From contig CAWJIE010000002.1 in assembly GCA_963842885.1 (NCBI GenBank), positions 32,001 to 96,000 on the forward strand: DNA of 64,000 nt, read 5' to 3'. The position numbers and the translations under genes are program-made. Shown here one piece after another: positions 60,312 to 64,000 of this stretch (position 1 is its first letter; each line of letters starts with the position of its first letter). Under the pieces are notes generated by a model. It saw only the letters and a list, made by a program, of their open reading frames with translations. It did not search any database and was not told the DNA's origin. The stretch comes from an uncultured Nitrososphaerota archaeon (lineage in GTDB: Archaea; Thermoproteota; Nitrososphaeria; Conexivisphaerales; DTJL01).

Positions 60312-60575
60312 GGAAGACCGTTATTTAAGAGCGCTAGTCCAGTTTTGGTTATGCTACCGAAAACTGAGGAGAGGGTGCCCGGCGCCCTTCCGGCAGCGAG
60401 TTTGGTGGGATTCGGCCTCAGTTGGGTACTTGGAACCGCTAGAAATCGGATTCCCGTCAAGCTTCAACTGGCAAGCCACACCGAGAGTTCGCGAGACTCG
60501 ATTGTGGTTAGACCAACAGACAAGCCTGGATTGATGGCCTGAGAGATTCATAGCTTTGCTTAACCAAGGTGAAGA

Positions 60576-60628
60576 TAGCCCGGGAAGGCATCGAAAGGAA
60601 AAGTTCGATCATACGGCGTCTATCCTTC
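60576..60628 (-). repeat. Partial third copy (about 50 bp) of the 316-bp element
   Basis: TAGCCCGGGAAGGCATCGAAAGGAAAAGTTCGATCATAC...TATCCTT matches 58500-58551. Confidence 0.75.
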
Positions 60629-60746
60629 CGGGAGCAAGACCGATTTGCCGAGGTACCAAGGTAATTAGACATTTCCTTTGCTATAGGAAAGTGAAGTTGT
60701 TTTGAGTCGGAAGCGTAGTTACAGTCCCCAGACCTAAGTGATTTAA

Positions 60747-61310
60747 GTGGGGGACATGGGGCCCACTCTGGCGATTGACGTGCAGAGAAGAACGGTTGGG
60801 ATAGGGCTAGTCGTCTTCGTAATCGGGATTGCATTGGTCATCGGCGGCGCCCTCGGAGCGCTCGGTTCAGTAAATATCAACAGGACATTCACCCAGCCGC
60901 AGCCCGGGGAATATGTCTCGGCCGAGATAATGCTGAACACCACCTCAGATCTTGTGGTGTCATCTCCCGCTTCTGTGGGTGGAATCATCTATGCCCAAGA
61001 CCTGAACCAGGTGAACTCGACGGACGTCAGTGCGTACGCCATCCCCTACAACTCGACGGGAGCGGGAAGCGCCATCTACAAGTCGCTCAGCGGAGACTTC
61101 TATTACGTTGCTTTCTCCTCAGCCCAGCCCGGCAGTACCATCGTAGCTACGCCTCTGAGGTCAGCTGCGCGCGGGTACGGAGCGCTCGTCCTGCTAGGAA
61201 TAGTCTGCGTGATAGTGGGAATCGTAGTCGCGGCGGTGGGCGCGTTCCGCAAGAGCAAGGCGCCAGTTCACGAAACGGCCGAAGCATGGATAGAGTCGCA
61301 GAAGGCTTAA
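60747..61310 (+). CDS. Hypothetical membrane protein (N- and C-terminal TM)
   Basis: 187-aa ORF with TTTAAG upstream. Confidence 0.7.
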   Translation: MGDMGPTLAIDVQRRTVGIGLVVFVIGIALVIGGALGALGSVNINRTFTQPQPGEYVSAEIMLNTTSDLVVSSPASVGGIIYAQDLNQVNSTDVSAYAIPYNSTGAGSAIYKSLSGDFYYVAFSSAQPGSTIVATPLRSAARGYGALVLLGIVCVIVGIVVAAVGAFRKSKAPVHETAEAWIESQKA

Positions 61311-61584
61311 GCGAATCTTCACGCAGACGCCCTCCGCAGAGTGGCACGCCCCGAAACGACGCGCATCTTTTGGTGCCGATGCGCAGCTCGACCTTGTGGG
61401 GTTCGGAATCGCCCACGTTGAACTCATACTTCCTTGGGCCCAGCCACAAGTGTTGGCTGTCTGTTAGTTCCTTGCCATCGACTTCGACCTTGATCCTGCC
61501 GAGCCAGAGACCGCCTGAGTGGTCGACAGCGACGACATGTCTTTCCTTGGTGCCTATCGTGAACCTCGCGCTACCCACATCCAC
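61147..61584 (-). CDS. Small beta-rich hypothetical protein (3' end doubtful)
   Basis: The first ~70 aa look protein-like (KERHVVAVD...IKVEVDGKE...YEFNVGDSEPH); the tail overlaps a convergent gene. Confidence 0.4.
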   Translation of the reverse strand: MDVGSARFTIGTKERHVVAVDHSGGLWLGRIKVEVDGKELTDSQHLWLGPRKYEFNVGDSEPHKVELRIGTKRCASFRGVPLCGGRLREDSLKPSATLSMLRPFRELAPCSCGTRPPPRLRFPLSRRLFLAGRALRTRAQLTSEA

Positions 61585-61622
61585 TCTATCGGTATGCCGA
61601 ACCGCTATTTACGGGCCCCAAT

Positions 61623-61866
61623 TCACAGCTCAACCATCTCTTTCAATTCTACACATTCTTGTAGCTCAACTCGTTCCTGTAACTCAACACGTTCTTGTAG
61701 TTCGACGCATTCCTGAAGTCCAACTCGTTCTTGTAATTCAACTCATTCTTGAAATTCAACACGTTCCTGTAATTCAACTCGTTCCTGAAGCTCAACTCGT
61801 TCCTGTAGTCCAATTCGTTCCTGTAATTCAACTCGTTCCGTCTGTTCAACGCGAACTCGTATTTCA
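61623..61866 (-). repeat. 18-bp tandem repeat (~12 units); decayed coding repeat (VELQER)n
   Basis: The + strand unit is CAACTCGTTCCTGTAATT. Variation is mostly synonymous in the minus-strand frame GTT GAA TTA CAG GAA CGA. There is one CGA>TGA stop at 61743-61745. Confidence 0.85.
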
Positions 61867-61890
61867 GTTTAATCCACGCTACCACCACCA

Positions 61891-61906
61891 TTCGCAGACC
61901 AAGCCC
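61891..61906 (+). repeat. Degenerate junction core
   Basis: TTCGCAGACCAAGCCC followed by ACGCCCG, as at 13168. Confidence 0.7.
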
Positions 61907-61938
61907 ACGCCCGAGATGGCTGATTGAGGAAACCGGCT

Positions 61939-62748
61939 TTATTTGACTATGAAGTACAGAAGGACCAATTGTCCCCATTCGTCACCGCCCGCCATGGTGT
62001 AAAACCCTGGGGCGAACTTTTGCACTTGACTCGGTGGGTAGTTGTAATTCAGATATGTGCCTTGCAAGGGGAACGATCCCGAGACGGGAGCTGTCCAATT
62101 GTTTCCATATGGCTCCCATGTCTTGTTTCCTGAAGGTTGCCAGTACTCAAAGGCGGTGGCGTTGTCGCTCAGGGGCTGAAAGACGAAATATCCGACAGAA
62201 AGAGGAAGGGAGGCTGTCACTCGCGGGATGGTGATTAATGCTTGCGCAGATGAGACATTATCGGGTACATAGTAGCCGCTATAGATGGCAAGCGCCATCG
62301 GAGTGAGGTAAAGGTCTGTCGGAAAGGGTTCCCCACCTGGAAAAGGCAATGGGATGCTCGTGTAGTTGGTTGCCCACCAACTACTCGTGACGTTGTTCGT
62401 CGAGAAGAGGGTGTTCGTTTCGCTCATGGTGACCATTATGGCTCCTCCACTTGGAACCGAAGTTGAGTTGATGGTCAGGCTAAGCTTCAATCCAGTAGAA
62501 GTGCTCGTGACGCTTGTTGTATTGGTCAAGCTGGAAGGATTGAGAGGATACGAGATTGCGCCTGTATGGTTAGGCGCAAGGACATACGCTGCGGCTCCAA
62601 CCAAGAGGACTGCCAACAAGGCGACCGCGACTACTCCGTATGGCGCCAGCAGTCGCCTCCGCTTGGGTGGCAATTCGACGTTGACACTCTGGCCGAGGCC
62701 TTGGCCTGACACAGATGATTGGTACACAAGACTCGGATATAACGCCAT
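61939..62748 (-). CDS. Hypothetical membrane-anchored secreted protein
   Basis: TM helix after KRRR, S/T-rich, C-terminal GGDEWGQLVLLYF; bracketed by junction cores. Confidence 0.7.
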   Translation of the reverse strand: MALYPSLVYQSSVSGQGLGQSVNVELPPKRRRLLAPYGVVAVALLAVLLVGAAAYVLAPNHTGAISYPLNPSSLTNTTSVTSTSTGLKLSLTINSTSVPSGGAIMVTMSETNTLFSTNNVTSSWWATNYTSIPLPFPGGEPFPTDLYLTPMALAIYSGYYVPDNVSSAQALITIPRVTASLPLSVGYFVFQPLSDNATAFEYWQPSGNKTWEPYGNNWTAPVSGSFPLQGTYLNYNYPPSQVQKFAPGFYTMAGGDEWGQLVLLYFIVK

Positions 62749-62791
62749 ACCTGTGGACAGCCCCTCCTCGGCCCAGCACCCTTGTCCTATC

Positions 62792-62858
62792 CCAGTTAAC
62801 CTATTGTTTTCAATGACACAACGATGTACCGTCAGCCCATCTTCGCAGGTCCAAGCCC
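62792..62858 (+). repeat. Junction site, type B arm + core
   Basis: CCAGTTAACCTATTGTTTTCAATGACACAACGATG...GTCAGCCCATCTTCGCAGGTCCAAGCCC. Confidence 0.85.
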
Positions 62859-62896
62859 ACGTCCAAGGTCGAGGTCGTGTGCACGGATGTCCAGCT

Positions 62897-63655
62897 TTAA
62901 GAGGACTTTGCCCACGGTCCGGTTGCCCACGAACTGTGCAAAGTTCGCATGAGATAGAGAGCCGCGTACAAAGAAGATGAAATTAGCAGCAAGGACAAGA
63001 GAGTTCTTTGCGAATAGTCAAACGAAGCCGTGAAGATGTAGACGCTGTGGTAGCCAATATATTCAAGGAACGCAAATCTCAATCCGAATCCTACGGCACT
63101 GGCTAGAACGAATCTGACCGCACTCATCTTCAGCGTCCCTGCGGCCAAGGAAGTGACGCTGTAGAAGTACGGTATGAAGGTGGATATGAAAATGGAGAAA
63201 TGGCCGTGTTCTGCCAACCATCTATCGGCAGCCTCGATGTCCTTCTCGGATATATCGACATAGGACAGGCCCTTCAGCAGTATCCGTCTGCCCGCAAATC
63301 TGCCAGGGACGTATTCTATCGGAAGCACGGCGGCCGCGAGGCATACCAAAAACGTCGTATACGGATCGAATACCCGTATTGATGACAGATAACCATATGC
63401 CGGAACGAGAAGGTAATCAGGTATTGGTAGAAAGGCGAGGCTGACGAACATGCCGATATAACCCGCTAACAGGAGTGGCGACGAATAGCCCACCTTGCTG
63501 ATATCATAGGACGATATGTTAGCGAAATGGAGATAGGCGTTCAGCAGGGCCAGGGCGCTCAGCGATATGACGAGCATCGAAATCACGAAAAGATAGTGCC
63601 AATATTTGTAAGGCAGAGCATGTTCGCCTCCTCTGAACCGGTGTGTTGCGCTCAT
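62897..63655 (-). CDS. DedA/VTT family membrane protein
   Basis: Motifs LPIPDYLL...G, Y..GRFAGR, W...HG...IFISTFIP and AGTLKMS. Confidence 0.8.
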   Translation of the reverse strand: MSATHRFRGGEHALPYKYWHYLFVISMLVISLSALALLNAYLHFANISSYDISKVGYSSPLLLAGYIGMFVSLAFLPIPDYLLVPAYGYLSSIRVFDPYTTFLVCLAAAVLPIEYVPGRFAGRRILLKGLSYVDISEKDIEAADRWLAEHGHFSIFISTFIPYFYSVTSLAAGTLKMSAVRFVLASAVGFGLRFAFLEYIGYHSVYIFTASFDYSQRTLLSLLLISSSLYAALYLMRTLHSSWATGPWAKSS

Positions 63656-63805
63656 TCATCGTTCTCTCCGCATCTCAGGAACTGTCGTGTCGTTCGAAAC
63701 GATTTACTACGTTACGTATTTAGTTTTTGAGGGGCTCTTCTTCAGGGCGTACCTCAACCAGCCCTACGTCTGAATGATTCTGTGACCGTCGTTAGCGTAA
63801 ACACT

Positions 63806-63833
63806 GTTTGACCAAGCTACAGGTTGGGCAAAC
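63806..63833 (+). repeat. Type A inverted repeat without core (copy 3)
   Basis: GTTTGACCAAG-CTACAG-GTTGGGCAAAC. Confidence 0.7.
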
Positions 63834-64000
63834 TTAAGAACCAATAACAGTCATAGGCTATCCTTCCGCCCTCGTTCAGATAACCTATAGATAATCGCAG
63901 ATTTGCTAGCCAAACTCAAGCGACGTGCCGAAGCCCAGAAGGAAGAATGTATTTATAGACGCTTCTCGAGGTTTTCATGGTATCACAGAATGCCTTCTTC

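Noticed and set aside
61623-61866. CRISPR array, or a selenoprotein (STRSC repeats with TGT/TGA exchange on the + strand)
   Set aside because: The units are contiguous, with no unique spacers and no cas genes. The TGT/TGA exchange is explained as Leu/Phe third-position variation in the antisense VELQER frame.
811-62858. Junction core as a tRNA 3' fragment or a CRISPR repeat
   Set aside because: GGTCCAAGCCC only mimics a T-loop (TCC rather than TTC) and the stem does not close. Spacing between copies is gene-sized and irregular.

Overview
This is an archaeal genomic window. The group II chaperonin and a TFB N-terminus of Nitrososphaerota/Thaumarchaeota type point to that lineage; the taxonomy is inferred. 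The window is almost entirely accessory, mosaic DNA. At 1-22.5 kb and 55-64 kb, single genes and small modules (MFS, type IV TA pairs, thermosome/TFB fragment/HtpX, FAD oxidoreductase, surface proteins, MntR/MntH, DedA) are joined by several nested direct-repeat families. The region 22.6-34.1 kb looks like a defence or mobile-element island: DEDD nuclease, Panacea-like + PIN, Ddl-like ATP-grasp, STAND-TPR, GNAT, HNH, RHH and a virus-like protein. The region 34.7-54.7 kb is a minus-strand surface-glycosylation cluster. The most striking unexplained signal is a core TTCGCAGGTCCAAGCCC, always on the + strand: 7 near-exact copies plus 3 degenerate ones. It sits at junctions between unrelated genes and has two conserved upstream arms, one carrying an 11-6-11 inverted repeat that resembles a tyrosine-recombinase/attC simple site. 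This suggests a gene-cassette capture system whose recombinase is not in the window. The second signal is a duplicated 316-bp non-coding element with a tRNA-like T-arm at the head of the glycosylation operon. Several frameshifts may be assembly errors. I saw no rRNA, tRNA, CRISPR array, integrase or transposase.
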